Positions 9,385-17,417 of a DNA stretch of 64,000 nt are shown piece after piece. The position numbers and the translations under genes are program-made. The notes under the pieces are model-generated. The model worked only from the letters and a program-made list of their open reading frames with translations, was not told the DNA's origin and did not search any database. Where the stretch lies: positions 3,237 to 67,236 of the forward strand of contig CAMATN010000004.1 in assembly GCA_945861155.1 (NCBI GenBank), given 5' to 3'. Numbering within the stretch: position 1 is the first letter of the stretch; every line of letters starts with the position of its first letter. The DNA comes from Rhizobium sp. Q54. GTDB taxonomy: Bacteria > Pseudomonadota > Alphaproteobacteria > ATCC43930 > CGMCC-115725.

Positions 9385-9397
9385 TAGGCCACAACGG

Positions 9398-10408
9398 ATG
9401 ACGCAACACTTCCTCATATCCCCCGCAGCGCGGACGCTCTCAGTCCGTCAAGTCGCCAGAATGACCGATGAGGAAGCCTTCGATATCTTCCGCACTATCC
9501 GCTTTGCCGCCAATGGTGGCGAGCCGTTCTGCCCTCACTGCGGTTGCCCAAAGATCTACCAGCTAAACGAGACGCCAATCCGCTGGAAATGCGCCGATTA
9601 CCGCGATTGCGGAAAGAAATTCTCGGTCACGTCGGGCACCCTCTTTCACTCCCGTAAGCTGCCGATCCGCGACTACCTCGCCGTCATCGCCCTATTCGTG
9701 AACGGCGTCAAAGGTGTCGCCGCGCTCCACCTGTCGAGGGACATGAACATCCATTTCAAGTCGGCTTTCGTGCTGCTCCACAAGCTGCGCGAGGCGATGG
9801 GTGCTGAGGTTCATGGGGTTGACCAGCTTGGCGGTCCCGATGAGCCGGTCGAGATCGACGGCACCTATATCGGTGGCGATGTCCGCGCCCCCAACCAGGA
9901 AGCCGATAAGCAACAGGACTGGTGGAAGGCCAGGAAGGGCAAGACGGAGAAAAACACCGTCTCCATCGTGGTCGCCCGGGAACGGACGGGCAGGGCTATT
10001 CCTTGGGCCGTGCCGAGCGAGCGTGATGCGGTCGAGATTATCCGTGCTCACGTCGCGCCGGGCACGACCATTCACGCCGACCAGGGCCAGCATTGGAACA
10101 GCCTGCGCCGCACGCATCCGATGATGCGGGTCAATCACCAGATCGAAAAGCGGGCCGATAATGGCGCGAACATCAATCAGGCCGAGAGTTATTACGCCCG
10201 CTTGAAACGCGCCGAGTTCGGCATTTACCACCGCATCGCCGGGCATAAGAACTCCAAGACCCAAGCCTACGCCGACGAAATGGCGTGGCGGGAAAATCGC
10301 CGCCGTCAGGCCAATGGCACTCATTGGACGGCGATTACGACGCTCGCCCTGACGCTCCCCAAGAGCATCAGGTGGGCGGGTTATTGGCATCCCCGCGTAG
10401 CGGTGTAA
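9398..10408 (+). CDS. IS1595-family (ISXO2-like) DDE transposase
   Basis: N-terminal zinc ribbon (CPHCGCPKIY…WKCADYRDCGKKFSVTSGT), then a DDE-type core (VEIDGTYIGG … IHADQGQHWNS … NINQAESYYARLKR). 336 aa is the typical size. Confidence 0.85.
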   Translation: MTQHFLISPAARTLSVRQVARMTDEEAFDIFRTIRFAANGGEPFCPHCGCPKIYQLNETPIRWKCADYRDCGKKFSVTSGTLFHSRKLPIRDYLAVIALFVNGVKGVAALHLSRDMNIHFKSAFVLLHKLREAMGAEVHGVDQLGGPDEPVEIDGTYIGGDVRAPNQEADKQQDWWKARKGKTEKNTVSIVVARERTGRAIPWAVPSERDAVEIIRAHVAPGTTIHADQGQHWNSLRRTHPMMRVNHQIEKRADNGANINQAESYYARLKRAEFGIYHRIAGHKNSKTQAYADEMAWRENRRRQANGTHWTAITTLALTLPKSIRWAGYWHPRVAV

Positions 10409-10452
10409 TGCCTTCGGCAGCATCCCCGAAACCAGAACAGGAGGACAGCAGT

Positions 10453-10926
10453 ATGAGCGATGATGGCAGCAACCACCAGTCCAACAAGATCACGTCGAAC
10501 GAGTTGATTCGGCGTCGAAAAGATTTGATCTTCGAGATTGCCGAGGATGAGAAGTCGCTTCAACGCAAACGAGACATTCTTTTTCATATTACTGACACGA
10601 TTAAAGCGATTGATCCGAGGGTTAGATTGGAAGCAATACCCGCACGGCATCGGCGCGGAACGAAATCACCATACTTTGCGCATGGTGAGATTAGTGGATT
10701 TATTTATGATGCCGGTCGAGAGGGTGCGGATCACACATTTACCAGCAATGAGGTTGCGACATTGGCGATGCGTGCTAAAAGTCTTGACCCCGAAACGAAG
10801 CTCGCCGAGTTCAAGGATTTCGAGAACCGGATACGCCTGCAACTCAACGCGATGCGGCGCGATCAGACTGTTGAGAAGCTGGATGGTCGTGGTCGCGAGG
10901 CGCGCTGGCGTCTGTTGAAAACCTGA
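10453..10926 (+). CDS. hypothetical coiled-coil plus probable winged-helix protein (cargo gene H)
   Basis: The ATG at 10453 follows AGGAGGA (10439-10445). The C-terminus (…VEKLDGRGREARWRLLKT) looks wHTH-like. An intrinsic terminator follows. Confidence 0.6.
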   Translation: MSDDGSNHQSNKITSNELIRRRKDLIFEIAEDEKSLQRKRDILFHITDTIKAIDPRVRLEAIPARHRRGTKSPYFAHGEISGFIYDAGREGADHTFTSNEVATLAMRAKSLDPETKLAEFKDFENRIRLQLNAMRRDQTVEKLDGRGREARWRLLKT

Positions 10927-10950
10927 TCGTCGCTATCAGTCCACACCGAG

Positions 10951-10986
10951 AAAAACAAGCGAAGCAGATTGCCTCGCTTGTTTTTT
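10951..10986 (+). terminator. rho-independent terminator after cargo gene H
   Basis: AAAAACAAGCGA … TCGCTTGTTTTT forms a 12-bp stem with an 11-nt loop and ends in a T-run. Confidence 0.7.
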
Positions 10987-11001
10987 GATCTATATGGTTA
11001 A

Positions 11002-11026
11002 TATCCCTATCCGGTTAAGAACAGGT
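11002..11026. repeat. internal inverted repeat, left copy (TATCCCTATCCGGTTAAGAACAGGT)
   Basis: The reverse complement recurs at 11870..11893: 16 nt perfect plus ACAGGT after a 1-nt indel. Confidence 0.7.
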
Positions 11027-11171
11027 AAATAGGACAGAACATATAATTTGAGAGCGACGGTGATGCTGATAAGAAACAAGGAAATGTCAGGTGTTATTTA
11101 CGATTTACCCGAACTATGTGGTTCGAGAGACATTAAAATGCTCTCGATAGTTAGATTGATCGGAGAGGGGG

Positions 11172-11399
11172 CTATGGTATTTCCGCGAGGTCTTTCCCAA
11201 ACTGAGTTAGTTGAGCCGCCGCAACCTGTTCATCGTTTTTGAGGTCTCCCGTCCAGGGAACACTAACTTCTATTGTCGGAGCAATCGTCGAACCGGACGT
11301 GATCTTGTAGATGAATGTCGCTACCGGAATTGTTTGTCCGGTCGTCGTATCGGTCCCTGCCCCGAATTCGATGCGTAATATCTCTCTGACCATCGTCAT
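11172..11399 (-). CDS. hypothetical 75-aa protein (cargo gene I)
   Basis: ORF only. It lies inside the module bounded by the internal inverted repeats. Confidence 0.35.
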   Translation of the reverse strand: MTMVREILRIEFGAGTDTTTGQTIPVATFIYKITSGSTIAPTIEVSVPWTGDLKNDEQVAAAQLTQFGKDLAEIP

Positions 11400-11489
11400 C
11401 CCGCACCCTCCGGTCGCAAGCCGCCGACAAGCTCGGCATAGGTGATCGTGCGCCGCGATACCGCCCGACGCAAGACGAAGGTATCCAAC

Positions 11490-11774
11490 TCAAGAATTGT
11501 GGCGTTCTGCTAGATAAACATTCCTTTGATAAATTACCGCAGACGGTGATACATCTAATGCCCGCGCTATATCTGAGGGAATATGTCCTGCATCTAGCCA
11601 TTCTCGTAGTTTAGCGACACCAAACTCCGTTAGCCGCATTCCGTCTTTGACAGCTTTGACAGGTTGGTCGGCCTCCGCATTGGTGGCGTTTTCAGCCATC
11701 GCACGCAGGGATATCAGCTTCTCTCTGAGCCGTTCTAAATCATCGAGAGCAGCGGTGATGAGAGCGAGTGTCAT
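11490..11774 (-). CDS. small HTH protein, 94 aa (cargo gene J)
   Basis: SD AGGAGA before the ATG. C-terminal HTH-like GHIPSDIARALDVSPSAVIYQRN. A perfect TTGACA -35 lies upstream. Confidence 0.5.
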   Translation of the reverse strand: MTLALITAALDDLERLREKLISLRAMAENATNAEADQPVKAVKDGMRLTEFGVAKLREWLDAGHIPSDIARALDVSPSAVIYQRNVYLAERHNS

Positions 11775-11799
11775 GGGACCATCTCCTTTTTATGATCCC

Positions 11800-11829
11800 A
11801 TTTTAATATCAATGTTAAATATATGTCAA
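11800..11829 (-). promoter_or_regulatory. sigma70-like promoter for cargo gene J
   Basis: On the minus strand: TTGACA (11829-11824), an 18-nt spacer and TAAAAT (11805-11800), about 25 nt upstream of the start at 11774. Confidence 0.4.
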
Positions 11830-11869
11830 CACATATCTCGTCCCCACTCAAACGCCCACAAAATCCCGA

Positions 11870-11893
11870 ACCTGTGCTAACCGGATAGGGATA
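11870..11893. repeat. internal inverted repeat, right copy
   Basis: ACCTGTGCTAACCGGATAGGGATA is the reverse complement of the 11002..11026 motif. Confidence 0.7.
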
Positions 11894-11932
11894 ATGGTTA
11901 AATATGTATAGCCTGTGATGGCGAAATATTTA

Positions 11933-11955
11933 GTCCCATTTGCGCCATAATACCG
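11933..11955. repeat. right terminal inverted repeat GTCCCATTTGCGCCATAATACCG
   Basis: Perfect reverse complement of 5061..5083. Confidence 0.9.
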
Positions 11956-11963
11956 AATGAGGC
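11956..11963. repeat. 8-bp target-site duplication, right copy (AATGAGGC)
   Basis: Identical to 5053..5060. Confidence 0.85.
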
Positions 11964-13353
11964 CGGTGTAATAGAAGACGAAGAAATGCGTGCCGATCGG
12001 CGGCCGGCTTTGCATCAATACGGCGAAGGTCGCCGACAACAGCGCGATGTGCAGGACGGGCTCGATCAGCGCCCAGCCATAGCCCAGCCGCGATTCGGCG
12101 TACCGGGTCCGGGTCTCGCGGATGATCAGGGCGCGGATCACCCGGCGCTGACTGCGCAGACGGTCGAGCACGCCGGGAGCGGGGCGCCGCTTCCGCGGTG
12201 GTCTGCCCGCGCCGTCGGCGAGCACGACGTACTCGCCGTCGATCGTGTCGAGACGGTGATTGAGCAGGTGCAGCACGGCCTCGGCCGACGGCCGGTCGTC
12301 CGGAAAATTGTGCAGCAACTCGCCGCCGGCAACCGTCGCCTGCCTTGTCAGGCCGGCGGCGAGGTAGAGGCTCAATTGCGCGCGCTTGATGTCGCTGCCC
12401 GTCGGATCGAGCGCGCCGGCGCGCTCGAATGCCAGCGCGGCACCGGACAAATCGCCAAGCCGCCACAGCAAATGCCCGCGATGCAGGTGGTATTCGGCGA
12501 CATCGGGTGCGCCGGCGAGGGCGCGGTCGATCGCGGCGAGCGCCGCCTCCCAGTTTCCCCGCAGCATCTGCGCCGTAGACAATACCCGCAGCAGCCGCGG
12601 GTCGGCGGCAGTTGCTGCAGCCGACGATGCGGCGCGCCCGAGAAGCTCGGCGGCCTCGTCCGCCCGGTCGCAGCGCATCAGCAATTCCGCGGCATCGACG
12701 AGGATGCGGTTGTCGCCGGGCGCCAGATCGACCGCGCGCAAAATCAGCGCGGCGGCCTCTTCGCCCTGGCCAAGCGCATGGCGCGCCGCGGCCAGGTCGC
12801 ACAGCGCGCGCACATTGTCGGGTTCCGCCGCGACCGAACGAGCGAGATAGCGCAGGGCCGCGTCATCGTGTCCCGCCGCGAGCAGCAGGACCCCGGCATG
12901 ATGGGCGAATTCGGGATTCGCGGGCGCCCGCTCGCTCGCCGCAGCCGCATGCGCGATCGCCTCGTCGATCCGTCCGATCGCCGCGAGCGAGGCGCTGGCG
13001 TGCCGATGGCCCTCGATCCAGTCCGGACACAGCTCGATCAGCCGGACATAGACCGAAGCCGCAACGTCATGACACGCGCAGTTGCTGAACACCCACCCGC
13101 AGATCGCCAGCATCGCCAAATCGTCGCCCGCCGCCGGCAAGGCGCGCGACACGCATTCGAGCGCCGTCTCGCGCCGTCCGTCGTGCAACAGCGCTTCGGC
13201 CAGCCGGCAATTCAGTCCCGCGTCGAGATCGGCGACGGCGTTGGCTCGTCTGACATAATGGAGACACGCATCGAGGTCCCGCCGGTGGAGCGCCGACAAG
13301 AACGAATCAGCATCAACTACTCGTTGAAGGAGAAGATTATCTGTTTGTCTCAA
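11964..13353 (-). pseudogene. kpsM: 5-prime part of the disrupted gene: TPR-repeat region (about 390 aa) in frame with the KpsM N-terminus
   Basis: …RRVIRALIIRETRTRYAESRLGYGWALIEPVLHIALL… matches the KpsM N-terminal signature (E. coli LFLREIRTRFGKFRLGYLWAILEP). Upstream in the same frame are Ala/Leu-rich TPR-like repeats with no stop. An internal GTG at 12171 would give a 259-aa KpsM once rejoined. Confidence 0.8.
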
Positions 13354-13602
13354 TTATTACGCGTAGTTGAGGGTCAGGGGGAACTCTATAGGCGAACGAT
13401 AACGCGCACCTGGATCAGCGTCCAACGAGCATTATGGCATTCGACCCTTTTGAATTGCTGGCGCTGGATCGCGCAAGACCACCGGCGCCTCGTCGCGCAG
13501 CCGCACCCTTTGCCGCATATCACATTCGGCGACCACCCGATTGCCGGCGCGGCTTAAAAGCGTCACCCTTGCGCCGTTAGAGCGCAGGGAGGAGCGGCGA
13601 CA

Positions 13603-15078
13603 ATGAATGATGAGCCTCGGGCACCCACCACTCTTATCGAACCCTATTTCGACCGGACGCCGCAGCCCTTCGGCGATGGATTGCCGGACCCGGTAGTGTA
13701 CGACGCCTCGCCGCTCGCGCTGCGCCAGCGCACCGTAAATTTTGCCGCCAAGCGTTTCGCCGATATGCGTTACGTCAGCGCTCTCGACCGCGCGACAGCC
13801 GAGCGGCATCTGCGTTGGCGTCCGGCGGTCGCACCCGGCGGGCTCGGCTTCCGGGCGGCGCCGGACGGCCAGGCGCAGCTGGTCGCCGCCCATCGCGACG
13901 GCAGCATCGTCATCGACATGGACGATGCCGACCGCCGAGTCGCGGTTCGCTGGAACGATTCGGGCTTCGGCGAGCCGGTGATCGGCGCGGCGATGGCTCG
14001 CCCGGGATATGGCGGCATCGTGCTCGGGACGCATGCGGGGCTCAGCTTCGACCCGAAGCCGATCGCGCGCCGGCAACCTGATAGCGGTCGCGCCTGGCCG
14101 TTGGGCGGAGCGGTCGAAACGCCGTCGGCTGCGCCTGTTGAACTCACCCGCGCGCTTGATGCGTTTTTCGCCGGCTCGACCGGCGCCTACGGCGTCCTGA
14201 TCGCCACCCCGGAGCGGGTGTTGTGCGAGCGCTACAGCGAATTCGGCGCGCCCGACCGCGCAACCCCGAGCTGGTCGATGACCAAGGCGATTACCTGCAC
14301 CGTGATCGGCCGGCTGATCCGGGAGGGCTGGCTTGCCTCGGTCCATGATCCGGCGCCGGCGCCGCTGTGGCGCGACCCGCGCGGGGTCCACCATCTGATC
14401 ACGTTAGACCATTTGCTGCGCATGCGCTCGTGGCTCGGCTTTCCGGTGGTGCACGGCGACGGCAGCGCGACGATCGGTTTCGAGAACAGCGCGGTGTATC
14501 AGGATGCCGGCGACGCCTTCGCGATGGCGCAGCGTTCGGTCGTCGCGACTGTGCCCGGGTCAGTCTTTCGCTACATCAATAGCGGCCTCAACGTGCTCGG
14601 CGCGATCGTCCGCGACCAAATCGAGCGGCGCGGGATGCCGTATCACGAGACGCTGTACGGCCTGCTGGTCGACCGGCTCGGCATGGCGAGCTACCAGCAT
14701 TCGGCCGACATCGCCGGCAATCTGATCGCTTCCGGCGCCGGTTTCGCGACGTTGCGCGACTATGCCAAGCTCGGCGTCCTGTACCTGCAAGGCGGGATGT
14801 GGGACGGCGAGCAGCTGTTGCCGCCAGGCTGGGCCGATTACGCGCTAAGCGCGACCCATACCGGCACCAGTTATGCCGCGTGCTTCCGCTCCAATATCGA
14901 CCGGCTGTTCCCCGACCTGCCCGCGGACACGGCATGGGCGTCGGGCGCCTCCGACCAGCGCATCTTCATTCTGCGCCGTCACCGCCTGACCGTCGCGGTC
15001 AGCAACGAGACCGATCACCCGATGGACCTCGCGGCGCTGAACCGCGTCATCGCGACCGCGGTCGCTACATTGACATAG
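13603..15078 (+). CDS. serine hydrolase (beta-lactamase/transpeptidase-like fold) with a long N-terminal extension
   Basis: SxxK motif (SWSMTKAITCTVIGRL) about 215 aa from the start. General class C beta-lactamase-like layout. Confidence 0.65.
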   Translation: MNDEPRAPTTLIEPYFDRTPQPFGDGLPDPVVYDASPLALRQRTVNFAAKRFADMRYVSALDRATAERHLRWRPAVAPGGLGFRAAPDGQAQLVAAHRDGSIVIDMDDADRRVAVRWNDSGFGEPVIGAAMARPGYGGIVLGTHAGLSFDPKPIARRQPDSGRAWPLGGAVETPSAAPVELTRALDAFFAGSTGAYGVLIATPERVLCERYSEFGAPDRATPSWSMTKAITCTVIGRLIREGWLASVHDPAPAPLWRDPRGVHHLITLDHLLRMRSWLGFPVVHGDGSATIGFENSAVYQDAGDAFAMAQRSVVATVPGSVFRYINSGLNVLGAIVRDQIERRGMPYHETLYGLLVDRLGMASYQHSADIAGNLIASGAGFATLRDYAKLGVLYLQGGMWDGEQLLPPGWADYALSATHTGTSYAACFRSNIDRLFPDLPADTAWASGASDQRIFILRRHRLTVAVSNETDHPMDLAALNRVIATAVATLT

Positions 15079-15114
15079 GAACCGCACGGGCGCCGAGCGC
15101 GGAGGCCTGACGGT

Positions 15115-17295
15115 TTATCCCAAGGCGCCCGATCGATGGAGCGCGGCGATTTCGTCGGGGGAGAGGTTGAGCACGTCGCGCAGCACCGCATCGGTGTCGG
15201 CGCCCAGCCCGGGGGCCGGCCCGGAAACCCGGCCGAAGCTGGCGCGCCACGGCAGGCCGGGCAGAACGTCGGCGCCGTTCGGGTCCCAAAAGCCGCGCTC
15301 GCGCAAATGGTCGCTGCCGACCAGATCGCGAGAAGCGGCAAGCGCCGCCGCCGGGATGCCGGCCCGCCGCAATTCCTCGGCGCAAGCGGCGGCGGCAAGC
15401 GGCCGTGCCCAGGCCGCGAGGGCGTCGTCGATCGCGTGTCGCCGCTCCAGCCGCTCGCCAAGGCCGAGCCCGGCCAGCGGCGACAACCCCTGCACGATGG
15501 CGCACAGGCCACGCCATTGCTCGTCGTTCGCCACCGCGAGGCTGATCCATTCGTCGTCGCCCTTGCAGCGGTAGGCGCCATGCGGGGCGCACCCGCCGGC
15601 ATCGTTACCGGCCGGTTGCGGCGGGGCGCCGAGCTGCGCCGCGAGCAGCGGTTCGGCCATCGTCCACAGCATCGCCTCGAGCATCGAGAAGTCGATCCGC
15701 GCCACGCCGCCGGTGCGTCGCCGGTGCCACAGCGCGGCGGCGGCGACGAAGGCGAGCATCAGGCCGCACATCGGGTCCAGCCACGCCAGACCGACCCGCG
15801 GCGGCACGTCCGGGTGGCGGTTGAGCCCGGCGAACCCGGCATAACATTGCAACAGCGTACCGTAGGCGACCGCGCGCGATTCCGGGCCGGTGCGGCCGAG
15901 ACCGGAGGCCGAGACATAAACCAGATCGGGATTGACCGATTGCAAGGCATCCGCGCCGAGGTCCAGCCGGTCCATGACCCCGGTCGCGAAATTCTCGACC
16001 AGCACATCCGATCGGGCGGCCAGCGCGCGGGCGATGGCGATGGCGTCCGGCTTTTTGAGGTCGAGCACGATGCCGCGCTTCGCCTGGCCGAGAACGGTGT
16101 GCAGTTCGGAGGTGCGGCCGGGGTCGCCGCGGCCCGGCGCCTCGACCTTTACGATCTCGGCTCCCATCGCGGCGAGATAGCGCGTCGCGGTCGGGCCGGC
16201 GATGACCCAGCTGAAATCGAGTACGCGAATGCCGGCTAGCGGCATCGGTCCGGCCTCGGGGTTGCGCACGGCCGCACCGCGCTCGGGCGCCGCGATGCGC
16301 AGTCCGAACGGCGGTCCGGGCGCCTTTACTGTCCGCCCGGCAATGTCGAGCTTCCGGTAGAAGCCGCGATGCGCGAGCTGCGCGGAGTCGAGCTGTTCGA
16401 TCGGCTCGCGCAGCGGGAAGCTCGGCACATGCGCGGCCTGGGCCATATCGGCGATCGCCTGCTTGTCGTGCGCGCGGCTCCACTCGGACAGCAGCGCGTA
16501 TAGCGCGTCCCAATTGGCGACCCGGTCGGGCTTGGTCGCGAAGCGCGGGTCCGTCCCCAAATCGGGCGACCCCATCACCTCAAGCCAGGCCGCCCATTGA
16601 TGGTCGTCGCGCGGCGAGATCGCGGCGTAGCCATCGCGTGCCGGCAGGATGCAGACGGTGGCTCCGTTGCCGTCGGTCAACCGCCGGCGAGACCAGCTTT
16701 TTCCGGTGGTTCCGGCGCGCGCCAGTTCGGTGATCGCGATCGTCGCCAGCGCTTCCTCGATCGACACGTCGATCATAACGCCCGGCTCGGCGGCCATGAC
16801 CGCGTGCATGCCGGCGCAGGCGGCGGCAATTCCGCCGATAAAGGCCGATTGTTCGCCGACCGGGCGGATCGGCGGCTCGGCCAGGTCGCTGACTTGGCCG
16901 GTCAGCATCCGCGCGATTCCGCTGGCGAAGAACAGCGTCAGATCGGTCGCCGGATCGTCGGCTTTCGGCCCGGTCTGTCCGAACGGCGAAATCGCGACCA
17001 GCGTCGCGCGCGGGTTGATCCGGCGCAGCGTGTCGGGATCCTGCCCCCAAGCGCGCAGGTCCCGAGGGCCGCCTTCGCAGACGATCAGATCGGCCGCCGC
17101 TATTGCATCGCGCGCCGCCGCCGGCTCGGCCGCGACGATCGTCTTGCCATGGTTGAGATGATACGCGAGGGGTCCCGACGCATTCGGTTCGATGCAGCTG
17201 ACCGAGGCGCCGACATCGGCGAATAGGCGACCGCACACCGCGGCCGCCAAACCGCCGCCGATTTGCACGATGTTGAACCCAACCAACACTGACAT
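15115..17295 (-). CDS. two-domain family-III CoA-transferase (CaiB/BaiF-like)
   Basis: The C-terminal domain is canonical (GIRVLDFSWVIAGPTATRYLAAMGAEIVKVEAPGRGDPGR). The N-terminal domain is a diverged second copy (FNIVQIGGGLAAAVCGRLFADVGASVSCIEP). I chose the ATG at 17295. Confidence 0.7.
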   Translation of the reverse strand: MSVLVGFNIVQIGGGLAAAVCGRLFADVGASVSCIEPNASGPLAYHLNHGKTIVAAEPAAARDAIAAADLIVCEGGPRDLRAWGQDPDTLRRINPRATLVAISPFGQTGPKADDPATDLTLFFASGIARMLTGQVSDLAEPPIRPVGEQSAFIGGIAAACAGMHAVMAAEPGVMIDVSIEEALATIAITELARAGTTGKSWSRRRLTDGNGATVCILPARDGYAAISPRDDHQWAAWLEVMGSPDLGTDPRFATKPDRVANWDALYALLSEWSRAHDKQAIADMAQAAHVPSFPLREPIEQLDSAQLAHRGFYRKLDIAGRTVKAPGPPFGLRIAAPERGAAVRNPEAGPMPLAGIRVLDFSWVIAGPTATRYLAAMGAEIVKVEAPGRGDPGRTSELHTVLGQAKRGIVLDLKKPDAIAIARALAARSDVLVENFATGVMDRLDLGADALQSVNPDLVYVSASGLGRTGPESRAVAYGTLLQCYAGFAGLNRHPDVPPRVGLAWLDPMCGLMLAFVAAAALWHRRRTGGVARIDFSMLEAMLWTMAEPLLAAQLGAPPQPAGNDAGGCAPHGAYRCKGDDEWISLAVANDEQWRGLCAIVQGLSPLAGLGLGERLERRHAIDDALAAWARPLAAAACAEELRRAGIPAAALAASRDLVGSDHLRERGFWDPNGADVLPGLPWRASFGRVSGPAPGLGADTDAVLRDVLNLSPDEIAALHRSGALG

Positions 17296-17417
17296 GTCGA
17301 AACATCCGAACCGACATCGATCGCCGGTTTTCGCCGAAGGCGCCGCAAACCGCAATGCCTTGCCGCCGCGGCGGATCTGGGCTGGGGTGAGGACGCACGC
17401 TTCCCATATAGGACTGC

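Larger units (their letters stand above)
5061..11955. mobile_element. IS1595-family cargo-carrying insertion element (ISNha5-like size class), 6,895 bp
   Basis: It has perfect 23-bp terminal IRs, an 8-bp TSD and a single IS1595-type transposase. The interior is AT-richer (sampled lines 38-55% GC against about 65% outside). Removing 5061..11963 restores the kpsM frame. Confidence 0.85.

Noticed and set aside
11048-11242. 64-aa plus-strand ORF inside the module bounded by the internal inverted repeats
   Set aside because: It overlaps the convergent 75-aa ORF and has no SD or recognisable motif. I could not tell which of the two, if either, is real, so I kept only the minus-strand one at low confidence.
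5052-11967. 13-bp direct repeat GAATGAGGCCGGT, read at first as an integrase-type att site of a genomic island
   Set aside because: There is no integrase, recombinase or tRNA. The repeat resolves into an 8-bp TSD plus nucleotides belonging to perfect 23-bp terminal IRs, which fits DDE transposition better.
11986-13557. 523-aa plus-strand ORF, plus several 150-290-aa ORFs over the TPR region
   Set aside because: They are antisense or in alternate frames of the TPR-kpsM ORF. Only the minus-strand frame continues into a recognisable KpsM sequence.
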